From: Candidatus Binatia bacterium
GTDB taxonomy: Bacteria > Desulfobacterota > Binatia > Bin18
Length of the DNA: 64,000 bases
Direction of reading: 5' to 3'
Assembly (NCBI GenBank): GCA_963666315.2
Contig: CAXXHG010000007.1
Coordinates: forward strand, 32,001 to 96,000
Part shown: in pieces, positions 40,590 to 50,639 of the stretch
How the letters are laid out: each line of letters opens with the position of its first letter
How positions within the stretch are numbered: position 1 is the stretch's first letter
Made by a program: the position numbers and the translations under genes
Notes under the pieces: generated by a model
Told to the model about the DNA's origin: nothing
Seen by the model: the letters and a program-made list of their open reading frames with translations, nothing else
Database searches by the model: none

Positions 40590-42869
40590 ATGCTGGCTCT
40601 CCCCTCTCTTTTTCGGCGACGGCTGGGAAAAACACTCAGTTTCTATCTTGCCACAGAATTCATCACCCCAACCTTGTTCTCTTTGTTTGGGTTGACCACG
40701 CTGGTGTTGACCAAGGATTTACTGGGATTCTCAGACTTGGTTATTAATCGCGGACTAGGGCTTGCCGCAGTTGGTTGGATTGCCTTTTACGAGATTGTTC
40801 CGCTTCTCTCGCAGACGCTGCCCTTCGCCGTTCTGGTTGGGACGTTGGTTGGACTCGGTCGTCTCAGGGCAGACCGTGAACTCCTAGCGATTGAAGCTGC
40901 AGGCGTGGCGCGTCAACGCTGTGTTCTGCCAGTACTCGGTTTTGCCCTCATCATGTCCGCCACAGGTCTCGGCTTTTCTCTGTATTCCGCTCCTGCGGCG
41001 ATCCGCACGCTGGATGTCACTTTGCGGGACATGATCCAGGAGAATCCCGGCATCTCCCTGCGCCCCGGGACAGTGCATCAGTTTGGCGGATCGCGCATGG
41101 TTGCACGGGAAATTTCTGCTCGCGGGGACCGACTGCGCGGCGTCCTCCTATGGATTTCAGATACTGCTCAAGAATACTTTGCCGGACAAACCTTGTTTGC
41201 GGAACGTGGAACCCTAGAGCCACTTGCTACGGGCACTGCTCGTCTGGTTCTGTACGACGGCGTTATTCTCCTCTCGCCCCAAGAGGGCGGAGGGGAGACT
41301 CGATTCCAAACCTTTGAAACCATCCTCCAGGAATCGCAAAAGACCCTGGCTCGGAGTCCGCGGTCACTGGCCGGCCTTTCCCTGCCTGACTTAGTGACAC
41401 GGGTGCAGGAAACGCCTCAAACGCCTCTGGGTGCCACACAAGCCCGTCGCGCCCGGACAGAGCTGAATCGGCGTTTTGCTGCCCCGCTGGCAAGCGTTGT
41501 CTTTGGCCTTTTGGCAATACCCCTGGCATTCATGGGACAACGCTTCTCGCGCGCCGCAGGCGGAGTGTTGGGTTTAGTGCTGACTGTTGTCTATTATGGT
41601 CTCATCCAGCTCGGGGATGGACTGGCTCAGGCGGAAGTGGTCACTGTTGGGCTCGGAGTGTGGCTACCAAATATCGCGGTTGGTCTGCTGGCTCTCAGCT
41701 TACTCTGGTTTCAGGGACGTACACGTTTTCGGTGGTGGGCACTCGCACACCCGCAGGCTACGGACCCTACGCGAGCGGAGACGGACGCCTTTTCTCCACG
41801 GACACGGCGCGCCCTACTGCAGCGTTATGTTGTCCAACACTATACGCTGATGGTGCTGCTCGCTTTCGGCATTTTGTTCGTGGGTTATCTTCTGGTCGAT
41901 ATCCTCGAACGGCTCGAATGGTTTGCCCGCCACAATGCAACGCCAACCGAGGCACTCAGGTTCTACGCTGCCCGTATCCCACTGCTGGCATCGCGCATCG
42001 TGCCTATGTCACTGCTGCTTGCCACCGCCCTGACGGTCAGCGTGTTGTCTTTCCACCGAGAGCTCATCGGCATGCGCGCCAGTGGTATTTCGGCAACCCG
42101 TACGCTGTCGTGTATTCTCATTATTGCCAGTCTGATCGCTCCGCTCTCCTTTGTGTTGAATGAATATATCGTGCCCCGCACGAACGCTTTAGCCGATCGA
42201 CTCAAAGAAACAGAAATCAAAGATCGTTCAGAGACCGGTGTGCTCCAAAAAGTGGTTTGGTATCGAGCCGGGAGCCATGTCTCTCAGGCAACACAGCTCG
42301 ACCCGACACTGGGGGAAGCCACGGATATCTCTATCTACGAGCTCGGAGAGATGGGCCTGCCACGCAGCCGGACTGATGCCCGACGTGCTACATACGTGGG
42401 TGATGGGATGTGGGAGCTAGTTGATCCAGTCCGTATTACGATCTCTGAAAACGGGCTTCGGCGTGAGCCAGCAGAACGGCTCATGCAATTAGGCCAGGCT
42501 CCGGACACGAATATCGACACCATGCACCTGGGCGTCTGGCAGTTAGCTCAGACCATCGGTGACACACAAACGGCGGGCTATGATGTCACTACCTACCGCG
42601 TTGATCTGCACGTCAAGCTGGCAACCCCGCTGGCCTGCATCCTGCTGCCTGCGATTGCCCTGTTCTTTGCCCTGAATGGACCGCCTTTCCCTGGCCCTGC
42701 TGTTACCCTGCTCATGAGTAGCCTCCTCGGGGTGAGCTATATTCTTTTCACCGGTGTGTGTGCATCCCTCGGCTACGGCGGGACCCTCTCTCCGCCACTT
42801 GCGGGCTGGGGACCAGCCATGAGTGCTACTCTCTTGGCTGGAGTCTTTGCGTGGCAAAACCAGGGCTAG
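40590..42869 (+). CDS. Fused LptF-LptG LPS export permease
   Basis: Two YjgP/YjgQ halves: RLRADRELLAIEAAG and HRELIGMRASGIS. Confidence 0.88.
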   Translation: MLALPSLFRRRLGKTLSFYLATEFITPTLFSLFGLTTLVLTKDLLGFSDLVINRGLGLAAVGWIAFYEIVPLLSQTLPFAVLVGTLVGLGRLRADRELLAIEAAGVARQRCVLPVLGFALIMSATGLGFSLYSAPAAIRTLDVTLRDMIQENPGISLRPGTVHQFGGSRMVAREISARGDRLRGVLLWISDTAQEYFAGQTLFAERGTLEPLATGTARLVLYDGVILLSPQEGGGETRFQTFETILQESQKTLARSPRSLAGLSLPDLVTRVQETPQTPLGATQARRARTELNRRFAAPLASVVFGLLAIPLAFMGQRFSRAAGGVLGLVLTVVYYGLIQLGDGLAQAEVVTVGLGVWLPNIAVGLLALSLLWFQGRTRFRWWALAHPQATDPTRAETDAFSPRTRRALLQRYVVQHYTLMVLLAFGILFVGYLLVDILERLEWFARHNATPTEALRFYAARIPLLASRIVPMSLLLATALTVSVLSFHRELIGMRASGISATRTLSCILIIASLIAPLSFVLNEYIVPRTNALADRLKETEIKDRSETGVLQKVVWYRAGSHVSQATQLDPTLGEATDISIYELGEMGLPRSRTDARRATYVGDGMWELVDPVRITISENGLRREPAERLMQLGQAPDTNIDTMHLGVWQLAQTIGDTQTAGYDVTTYRVDLHVKLATPLACILLPAIALFFALNGPPFPGPAVTLLMSSLLGVSYILFTGVCASLGYGGTLSPPLAGWGPAMSATLLAGVFAWQNQG

Positions 42870-42911
42870 GCAGCGCCTCATCTCTGAGTTCAGCTGTGGA
42901 GTCTGTTGGAC

Positions 42912-43754
42912 TTACCACTCAGTCTCGTGCATGCCCAGGAGTTCTAAGAACACGTCCCCAGGTAGCCGCGACACGAGCGTACAAAAATGGTCGGAGAATT
43001 GGGAGACCAGTACCGCGTACCCATCTTGGTCATATAGATACACATCTGCGCTTACCCGTCTTGCCCCGAAACCAGGCGACGGCATGCTTCCTCGTTGTCG
43101 GAGACAGACAATGGGTTGGGTATCGGACTCCAATCCAGCATAATATGCCACAGCCATAGGATGCCCCTGGACAGCGGCGACAGTTCCGCCCTGGAGTTGA
43201 TAGCCCGCCTGCTGCAAATCCGGCACATGCGTCGAAAAATCGAGCTGACCGGACTGATTAAACGATTCCTGTAATTGCTGAACTGCATGGGTCGTATACG
43301 TGAGGGCCACGCGGCCCTCCGTTACTGCGGAGTAATAGGACGTTGCAGTTGTCAGGAGACGTGAGGAAGGGCGCAGGCCAAAAAGCTGAAAGAGCGCGAT
43401 CAACACCAGACAGGAGGCCAAGGCGGTTCCCCAAGCCAGCCGTGGCAGACGAGATCGGACTGGAGCGTATGCAAGCCTGGCTCGCATACGCTCCCAAAAG
43501 GCCAGCGGTGATGCGGTTTCGGCACTCAGAGCGTTCCGTAGCTGCCGCTCGACCGCCTCGGGAACAGGGACAATAAGTGTATGCACGGTAACCATGCGCG
43601 CAGCAAAGGCGGACTGGAATTGCTGTGCGTAGGAAAGCAACTGGCTGCACGTCGTACACGACGCGAGATGACGATCCGCTTCGTTGCGTTCATCAGACGT
43701 TAGACACCCATCAACATGGGCAGCGACCAGCTCTTGATAGGTCTCGCAGTTCAT
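42912..43754 (-). CDS. Membrane anti-sigma factor with zf-HC2 zinc finger
   Basis: MNCE...HLASCTTC, a single TM, periplasmic domain (PDLQQAGYQLQGG). Confidence 0.8.
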   Translation of the reverse strand: MNCETYQELVAAHVDGCLTSDERNEADRHLASCTTCSQLLSYAQQFQSAFAARMVTVHTLIVPVPEAVERQLRNALSAETASPLAFWERMRARLAYAPVRSRLPRLAWGTALASCLVLIALFQLFGLRPSSRLLTTATSYYSAVTEGRVALTYTTHAVQQLQESFNQSGQLDFSTHVPDLQQAGYQLQGGTVAAVQGHPMAVAYYAGLESDTQPIVCLRQRGSMPSPGFGARRVSADVYLYDQDGYAVLVSQFSDHFCTLVSRLPGDVFLELLGMHETEW

Positions 43755-43885
43755 AATCACCGCAGTGGTAGTGTTATTCTTTTTCGCATGCAGCTGCAGA
43801 TATCGTGATTATACAGTGATATGCACGGCTACGCGTGTACTGCTATGAATACTCAACAGCTCTAGGCAGTGAGAAAGTTCCTCAT

Positions 43886-44632
43886 ATGGTCGGCAGGCTC
43901 AGAAAATCAGTGAGATTTGGCCTCTCCGCGCACCTCCTTCTTATCATGCTGCTGACACACACCGGCTGCGTGCCAGGCGGACATACCGGCCAAGAAGACA
44001 CAGGCTACACGTCCGCTCGGCACGCAATGGTGACACAGCAGATCAAAAAGCGGGGTATTCAGGATGAACGGGTCTTACACGCGCTCATCCACGTTCCTCG
44101 TCATCTGTTCGTTCCCCCTGTGTACAGGGACCGAGCTTACCAGGATGAGCCGCTGCCGATTGGGCAGGGCCAAACTATCTCCCAGCCGTATATTGTCGCC
44201 TTGATGAGTGAGCGTTTACTCTTGACCGGAACAGAAAAGGTGCTGGAAATCGGCACGGGATCAGGCTATCAGGCGGCGGTTCTCAGTCATCTAGCCAAGC
44301 AGGTCTACTCGATTGAGATTCTGCCTCAGCTTACGGACACGGCTCGCCAGCGGCTTCAACAATTAGGCTATACCAACGTCACGGTTATTCAGGCAGACGG
44401 AAATCTCGGCTGGGAACAAGAGAGCCCGTATGACGCCATCATCGTCACCGCCGCCGCCCGGCATATCCCGCCTGCACTCATACAACAATTGGCGGAAGGT
44501 GGACGCATGGTTCTCCCCGTTGAGCGCAACGAACAGCAACATCTGCTCAGACTGCATAGGCGGGACGGACAAATTATTGAGGAAGACCTGGGACTCGTCC
44601 GGTTTGTGCCCCTGGTGGGGGGAGATTCGTAG
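43886..44632 (+). CDS. pcm: Protein-L-isoaspartate O-methyltransferase
   Basis: VPRHLFV, GQTISQPYIVA, VLEIGTGSGYQAA, PYDAIIVTAA, VRFVPL. Confidence 0.95.
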   Translation: MVGRLRKSVRFGLSAHLLLIMLLTHTGCVPGGHTGQEDTGYTSARHAMVTQQIKKRGIQDERVLHALIHVPRHLFVPPVYRDRAYQDEPLPIGQGQTISQPYIVALMSERLLLTGTEKVLEIGTGSGYQAAVLSHLAKQVYSIEILPQLTDTARQRLQQLGYTNVTVIQADGNLGWEQESPYDAIIVTAAARHIPPALIQQLAEGGRMVLPVERNEQQHLLRLHRRDGQIIEEDLGLVRFVPLVGGDS

Positions 44633-44682
44633 AGAAGGCGCCCCGCACTCTGGAGCGCGGGGCGCACGTAAGTAGCCGCTCG

Positions 44683-45195
44683 CTATTTCCGCCCTCCACG
44701 GCGCACGAGCAACTGGGCATGCACATGGGCTGGATGAAGCTGGCACTTCACCTCAAACAAGCCTGCTTTGTCAGCGGTGAACTCGACCGTCTTGGACTCC
44801 CCACTATTGACCACTTCTTCGATGCTAAAGGCTGGAATAGAAAAACCATGGTTAGGTGGGTCGCCGGGAATCTTATTAATGATCTTGATCTGGACTTTCT
44901 CACCTTTCTCGACAATCAGCACTGAAGGTACAAACAATTTTGAGCCTTCATACAGCACGTTCACCACGGTGAACTTTCGAACCGCTGGCTCCCCAACTGC
45001 TGCGGATTGTAGTACGTCTGCCACTGCTTTCGTCGCCGATTCCGTCATCTGGTTAGCCGCCGTCTTGGTGGCTGAATCCTTCACTGCATCCGGCATAGAT
45101 CCGACCTGTGCTTCGACCTGTCCCGCAAAACCACTGGCACTCAAAACCGTCGCAACAATCATACTTCCCGTTGTCTTCCAGCATTTCTGGATCAT
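44683..45195 (-). CDS. Exported cupredoxin, nitrosocyanin-like
   Basis: Signal peptide; NHGFSIPAF, FTADKAGLFEVKCQLHPAH; RBS AAGGAGG. Confidence 0.8.
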   Translation of the reverse strand: MIQKCWKTTGSMIVATVLSASGFAGQVEAQVGSMPDAVKDSATKTAANQMTESATKAVADVLQSAAVGEPAVRKFTVVNVLYEGSKLFVPSVLIVEKGEKVQIKIINKIPGDPPNHGFSIPAFSIEEVVNSGESKTVEFTADKAGLFEVKCQLHPAHVHAQLLVRRGGRK

Positions 45196-45401
45196 GCCAT
45201 CCTCCTTCACCGAGATAAGATAATTTTAGTGAGCCACAACCACCAACGGATTGCAACTTTTGGGTCATTTGACATGTTTGTCGCCATTGTTGGACGAGGG
45301 TCGGGAGCCGCCGTAGCGGGCGGGCGACACACAAACGCGCCCCATCTCACAGGGAAAGATGTGAGCGAATTAGAGCAAGCCATCGAAGAAGCGCCCAAAC
45401 C

Positions 45402-45530
45402 CTATTGATTTGACCCCGTCCCAATCTCGGTACTGCAGCCCCGATCCAGCGCCCGGTACTGGACAGCCTGAGCAATATGCGCACTGGTGCGGGCGCTGAG
45501 GCCGAGGCGTTGCATGGCCTGCTCTAACAG
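45402..45530 (-). pseudogene. comM: 3' remnant of ComM/YifB (Mg-chelatase-like ATPase) with an internal deletion
   Basis: LLEQAMQRLGLSAR joined directly to SAHIAQAVQYRALDR; the intervening ARTIADL segment is missing. Confidence 0.7.
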
Positions 45531-45905
45531 TTATCCAGTCCGACACAGCCAGCGACTAAAAAACTGCCGATTCCGCGCCACCAGCCAATAGCCACCCTCG
45601 ATACACCAAATCAGCAAAGGCAGGCTTCCGAGTCGAGCCAGGCGGGAATACCCAACTTTCTCCAGAACATACAAACAGGCTCGCCCTGCCGAAAGCATAT
45701 TCCCTTCTGGCGTCAAGACATGCACGGCACGTTCACACCGCTGGGCAAGCGTGTCTGTCATGGGCGGCCGAGGGGCGTCTTGATACGGCACGGCCTGAAT
45801 CTGATCAGTCGAATCACGCTGCTTGACCCAGGCAATCGCCTGCTGGCAAAAGCCGCATTCTCCGTCCCAGAAAAGCCAGATGGGTTGGGCCACAGAAGAT
45901 TCCAT
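45531..45905 (-). CDS. DCC1-like thiol-disulfide oxidoreductase (DUF393)
   Basis: WDGECGFC, YWLVARNR. Confidence 0.88.
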   Translation of the reverse strand: MESSVAQPIWLFWDGECGFCQQAIAWVKQRDSTDQIQAVPYQDAPRPPMTDTLAQRCERAVHVLTPEGNMLSAGRACLYVLEKVGYSRLARLGSLPLLIWCIEGGYWLVARNRQFFSRWLCRTG

Positions 45906-45909
45906 CTTT

Positions 45910-46485
45910 CTATTGCTCTTCAGCTGAAGCGGGTTCTTCAGCTGAAGAGTCCGCTTGAAGAATGCCCAACTGTCGCAGCTCCTCTAATACCCGTTCTCGG
46001 TGGGTTGCTCCCCAATACACCCGATGACATTTTTTGCAGCAAAGGAAGGTGGAGTGTGTTTGCCACACATATTCCGGTACGCGCTGCTGGACATGCGCCC
46101 GCTCTACGGCTGCTAATTCCTGGTTACACACACTACAGCGAGTGAGCAGATATGTTGAGACATCAAGCTGCAAGTCTGTACACACCTGCTTGAGCTGATC
46201 GCGGAAACGATCACTTTGAATGAAAACGAACGGTGGAACGTCTTTCTGGTTCAGAAAACATGTACTCCGCGTCAGCAGAAGGCGGCCCTGACGGCGGGCT
46301 TCACGTTTCACACCTTCAGGTGAAAGCTGCGGCAGATAGACGGTGTCATACCCAATAATACGGAGCCATTTCGCTAATTTGCCGACCATACGATCCGCCA
46401 AAAAACGGGGAGGTATAGCGGCAGACGTGTCTGGGCTTGGCCCGGACGTAGCTGAGCCAGGCTCAGGATTCTGGTCAGAAATCAT
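45910..46485 (-). CDS. Mut7-C RNase domain protein
   Basis: FLADRMVGKLAKWLRIIGYDT, RCSVCN, CKKCHRVYWGATH. Confidence 0.92.
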   Translation of the reverse strand: MISDQNPEPGSATSGPSPDTSAAIPPRFLADRMVGKLAKWLRIIGYDTVYLPQLSPEGVKREARRQGRLLLTRSTCFLNQKDVPPFVFIQSDRFRDQLKQVCTDLQLDVSTYLLTRCSVCNQELAAVERAHVQQRVPEYVWQTHSTFLCCKKCHRVYWGATHRERVLEELRQLGILQADSSAEEPASAEEQ

Positions 46486-46568
46486 GATGAGAAGACCTCA
46501 AGGATTTGTTCCGCGACCCGATTTCACCGTAGAGTAAGAAAATAGGCAAGACAAGGGTTCCAGACTGT

Positions 46569-48112
46569 ATGAAACGTGTCATTAGTATCAGTATTGTATT
46601 GTTCTGGCTGGTCATGATCGGCTTACTGGTTCAACGCACCCAGGGTACCCTGGGCACCGTGCGCAGCCTGCCGACAACTGGGCGTGTTCAGGCAAAACTG
46701 CTGTCCCAGGTAGTCGAGCCTATACTACAGCCGCAAGAAAAATGGATGGGCATCTACCATCAGGGCCGCAAAATTGGCTACCTGCACCGCCGGCTGACAC
46801 CCGCGGCCTCCGGTTATCAATGGACCGAGCAGTGGCGGATGAAACTCCAGGTCCTGGGCACGCCACAAACGATACAAACTGACGTGCAGGCCAATACCGA
46901 CCAGCACTATGCGCTGAACGATTTCTCCTTTCGCTTGCGAAGCGCTGGAACCGAGTTTCATGTTGCAGGACAGGTTACTCTGACACAGGCTAGCCTCACA
47001 GAAGAAAGCAAGACCACAGCACCCTCCACCTCTCGCTCCCTGCAGGGCACGCTGACAGCCGGGGGCGAGCCGCCCCATTTTCTTTCGTACTGCACGAGCC
47101 CCTCTATTCGCCTTCTTTAACCCAGATGGCTCTGCAAAATGTAAAACTCGAGCCTGGAGATGTGCATGAGTTTTCAGTTTTCAATCCGCTCTCCAGCCGG
47201 CCCGACACTATCGCCCTGACAACGGTCGGACCGGAGATACTGGCCCTCAATGGCGCGCCCCAAGAAGTCACAATAATTGCCACCCAGTATGCAAGCATGA
47301 CCGCTCACGCCTGGCTCGACCAGGCCGGGAACGTGGTCAAGGAAGAAGCGGCGTTCGGCCTCGTGCTCCTGCAGGAAAATCAGCAGACTGCCTTAGCCCA
47401 GGGCTGGCAGGATAACACGCCGCTGGATCTGGTTGTTTCGACCGCAATTCCTGTTCACACGGCTCTGCCGTATCCGCGGCAACTGACCCAGTTGCGTTTT
47501 ACAGTGAATGGCCTAGACGAAGACCGAGCCTTTGTCTTCCCGCCCCGCCAGCGATATCAGGATGCAGTCTTGACGGTCACACAAGAGGACGTGGCTCGTT
47601 TCTCCACCTATCCATTGCCCGCCACTGATCCCGCGTTTCGCGCTGAGCTGGAGCCCACGCCGTTTCTGCAGAGCAGACATCCAAAAATCATGGCCCAAGC
47701 CCAGCGTATTGTGAGAGCGGAAGACGACGTACGGCAGGCTGTTCAACTCTTACTTGACTGGACGCATCAGGCGTTAGAACAAGTGCCGACGGTGAGCGTC
47801 CCGACCGCGCTTGCCGTGCTGGAAACGCGCACGGGCGACTGTAACGAACACGCTGTCCTCTTTACCACACTGGCCCGCGCGGTCGGCATTCCTCCGCGTG
47901 TTGTCGTCGGCGTCGTCTATCTTGAGCGTACATTTTACTATCACGCCTGGTCTGAGGTGTGGCTGGGCCAGTGGGTGGCCGGTGATCCCATATTCTATCA
48001 GTTTCCAGCGGATGCCGCCCACATCAAATTTTTAGCAGGCGGTCCGGAAAAGCACCTCGCGCTGCTCAAAATTATCGGCCGAATAGGAATAGACATCGTC
48101 GACTATCAGTAG
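46569..48112 (+). pseudogene. Membrane-anchored transglutaminase-like protein, frameshifted near 47070
   Basis: N-terminal TM and WMGIY..KIGY in ORF 46569; GDCNEHA, YHAW and DP triad motifs in ORF 47126; bridging frame PFSFVLHEPLYSPSLTQM. Confidence 0.8.
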
Positions 48113-48176
48113 ACTATCAATAGTCTGGACTATCAGTAGTCGGACAGACAGATTTCACAGGAAGGCTCTCTCTCAC

Positions 48177-48550
48177 ATGATACACATCGACCATCTAACC
48201 AAGTGGATCGGTTCCTTCACCGCCGTCGACGAGCTGTGCCTCGACATTCGTGAAAGCGAGATTTTCGGCTTCCTCGGCCCGAACGGCGCGGGCAAGACCA
48301 CCACCATCCGCATGATGATGGGTCTCCTCAAGCCGACTGCCGGGCGGATTGTATTAGGCGACTACGATTTGGCTATTGACCCGATTGCGGCGAAAGCGCA
48401 GACCGGATTTGTTCCGGACCAACCGCATGTCTACGACAAAATCACCGGTCGAGAGTTTCTCCATTTTGTGGGTGGTCTCTACCAGATGCCCGCTTCCAGC
48501 CTGCATCAAAAGACTGAGGAGTCGCTCAGCACTTTTAGCCTCTTAGAGTG
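48177..48550 (+). pseudogene. ABC transporter ATPase truncated before the signature and Walker B motifs
   Basis: GPNGAGKTT and GFVPDQP present; similarity ends at FSLLEW. Confidence 0.8.
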
Positions 48551-48934
48551 GGGCCGGAATGGGCTCCGGCGTCGAGACCGAGCCGGGCGCCGCAAGGCAG
48601 TGATCTTGAGTTCTGTGAAGAGCAGCGATTACAGCCGTTCAAAGGCATTGTTAAAGTACGCGGCAAATTGCTGCGGTTTCCTGATGACATGGAACGGGAC
48701 GATATTACTCGGTCAATCGAGCATGAATTTTTGCCGATGATCGAAAAGGAAAAGACGGACGTACCGCCGCCATCGGAAGGGATGATGCTGGGTGCATCTT
48801 TTGGGACACAACCTTTGGCGCCGGGAGAATATGTGATCGAGTTGGACACGCCCGGCACGATTATCAGCGGTGACTATGACAATGCGCCGTGACTGACGCA
48901 AGTAATCGTAGTTTCTGGGTCTCAAAAAAAGGAC

Positions 48935-49117
48935 ATGGTTCTGGCTGAGAGCAATCTGATTCGATTGAGTGGCCTATGGGCGCATGAGCAGGACGATGAT
49001 TCCATGGTGTTAACCGGCAACCTGGGTGGTGGTGCTCGGGTCGTCGTATTGCCCATACGGGACAAGGGTTCGTCTAAGGAACCGGCAGGTTGGGTATCGA
49101 TCCGAAGCTTCAGATAA
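48935..49117 (+). CDS. Small phage-like hypothetical protein, possibly truncated
   Basis: AAGGAC RBS; LSGLW...LTGNLGGGARVVVLP beta-rich pattern like small phage proteins. Confidence 0.4.
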   Translation: MVLAESNLIRLSGLWAHEQDDDSMVLTGNLGGGARVVVLPIRDKGSSKEPAGWVSIRSFR

Positions 49118-49286
49118 ACCCTACACCCGCCTGAGGACCTATCTGGGAAGTAGTTTGGATATAGACCTGCCCGAGATCGTGCCATAGAGGGCGAATATGG
49201 GCGTCTGGGATGGGCTGGAGGGCGTGTGCCTCGATCGGCATGAGCGCTGTATCCATATTTTGTCCTCTTCTCACTGAACGCAACAA

Positions 49287-49340
49287 AAAGGATATTTTGG
49301 GAACGTCGTCCATCGTGTGCCGGTAATGATTACGGCATGA
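49287..49340 (+). pseudogene. C-terminal stub of a sulfite-oxidase-family molybdoenzyme (SorA/SorT-like)
   Basis: KGYFGNVVHRVPVMITA*, overlapping (ATGA) the cytochrome c start. Confidence 0.5.
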
Positions 49341-49684
49341 ATGCCTGTCGCTGGTTGTCTTATCTTGTCCTGCTTATTGGTACGTTGTGATCCTCTTCGC
49401 TCTTTATAGCGGCGAGCGAGGAAAAGCAGCACGCGCAGGAAGCAGACTCGGCCCTTGTCCAGAAACCGGAGATCGCTGACGAAAACCCTGGTCCCGATGT
49501 CCTGACTCACGAATATTGCTCTGCCTGCCATAGCTTTCGACTGGTCGAGGCGCAACGACTGAATCGGGCCACCTGGGCGTGGGTGATGGAGGATATGGTC
49601 GAGAAGTTTGGCGCAGGTTGGATTACGCTGGATGAGCAAAAGATCATTATTGATTATCTTGTGGAACAGTACGGACCGGAGTAA
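49337..49684 (+). pseudogene. Monoheme cytochrome c (SorB/SorU-like) with in-frame TGA in the signal peptide
   Basis: Not in the ORF track; MNACRWLSYLVLLIGTL*...YCSACHSFRLV...WAWVMEDM...IIDYLVEQYGPE; TGA at 49388. Confidence 0.8.
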
Positions 49685-49721
49685 TAGAGACTGGCAGTTT
49701 GTTAGAGCTCAAATGAGGGGT

Positions 49722-49815
49722 CTGTCATTCTGAACCGAAGCAGCGCGAAGGTGAAGAATCTCTCAGGCGTACAGGACGAAGAGATTCTTCGTCGCGAGGC
49801 TCCTCAGAATGACAG
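49722..49815. repeat. REP/MITE-like palindromic element
   Basis: CTGTCATTCTGA...TCAGAATGACAG terminal inverted repeats; inner GAAGAATCTCT...AGAGATTCTTC. Confidence 0.85.
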
Positions 49816-49876
49816 GCATAGAATCGGTACTGAAAAAGTACGAGAGCAACAGCAAGGATCTGAAAAGGGGGGCAGT

Positions 49877-50638
49877 ATGGTAGGACAGTTAGACGGGAAA
49901 GTTGCCCTGATTACGGGCGCAAGTTCTGGCATTGGCCGGGCGTCAGCCCTGGCCTTTGCGCGTGAGGGAGCGAAGGTTGTGGTTGCGGATGTCGACGTTG
50001 CTGGCGGAGAAGAAACCGTTCAAATGGTCAAGCAGGCAGCGGGCGAGGCACTTTTTGTGAAAACCGATGTCTCACAGGCAGCTGAAGTTGAAGCCCTTGT
50101 GAATACGACAGTTAATATGTATGGCCGGTTGGACTATGCGCACAATAATGCCGGCATTGAGGGCATGGTCCTGACGCCGACCGCCGATTGGACTGAAGAA
50201 GCCTGGAACCAGATCATTAGTATTAATCTTAAAGGTGTGTGGTTAGGCATGAAATATCAGATCCCTCAGATGCTCAAGCAGGGTGGGGGGGCTATCGTAA
50301 ATACGGCATCAATAGCTGGATTGGTGGGAAGTCGTTCGGCTGGCTATGGGGCGAGTAAACACGGCATTGTCGGGCTCACGAAAACAGCGGCGCTAGAATA
50401 TGCAAAGTCCGGCGTTCGAGTGAATGCGGTCTGTCCAGGTGTGATCCGAACGCCGATGGTTCAGCGAAGTTTAGATCGTATGCCCGAGCTTGAAGAGCGA
50501 TTTGTTGAAGTGGAACCCATAGGACGCATTGGCCGACCCGAGGAGGTTGCAGAAGCTGCAGTCTGGTTGTGCTCGGACGCGGCGTCGTTCGTCACCGGAC
50601 ACGCTATGACCGTAGACGGAGGATATGTGGCTCAGTAG
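49877..50638 (+). CDS. Short-chain dehydrogenase/reductase
   Basis: TGASSGIG, NNAGI, YGASK, NAVCPG; ATG 49877. Confidence 0.95.
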   Translation: MVGQLDGKVALITGASSGIGRASALAFAREGAKVVVADVDVAGGEETVQMVKQAAGEALFVKTDVSQAAEVEALVNTTVNMYGRLDYAHNNAGIEGMVLTPTADWTEEAWNQIISINLKGVWLGMKYQIPQMLKQGGGAIVNTASIAGLVGSRSAGYGASKHGIVGLTKTAALEYAKSGVRVNAVCPGVIRTPMVQRSLDRMPELEERFVEVEPIGRIGRPEEVAEAAVWLCSDAASFVTGHAMTVDGGYVAQ

Positions 50639-50639
50639 T

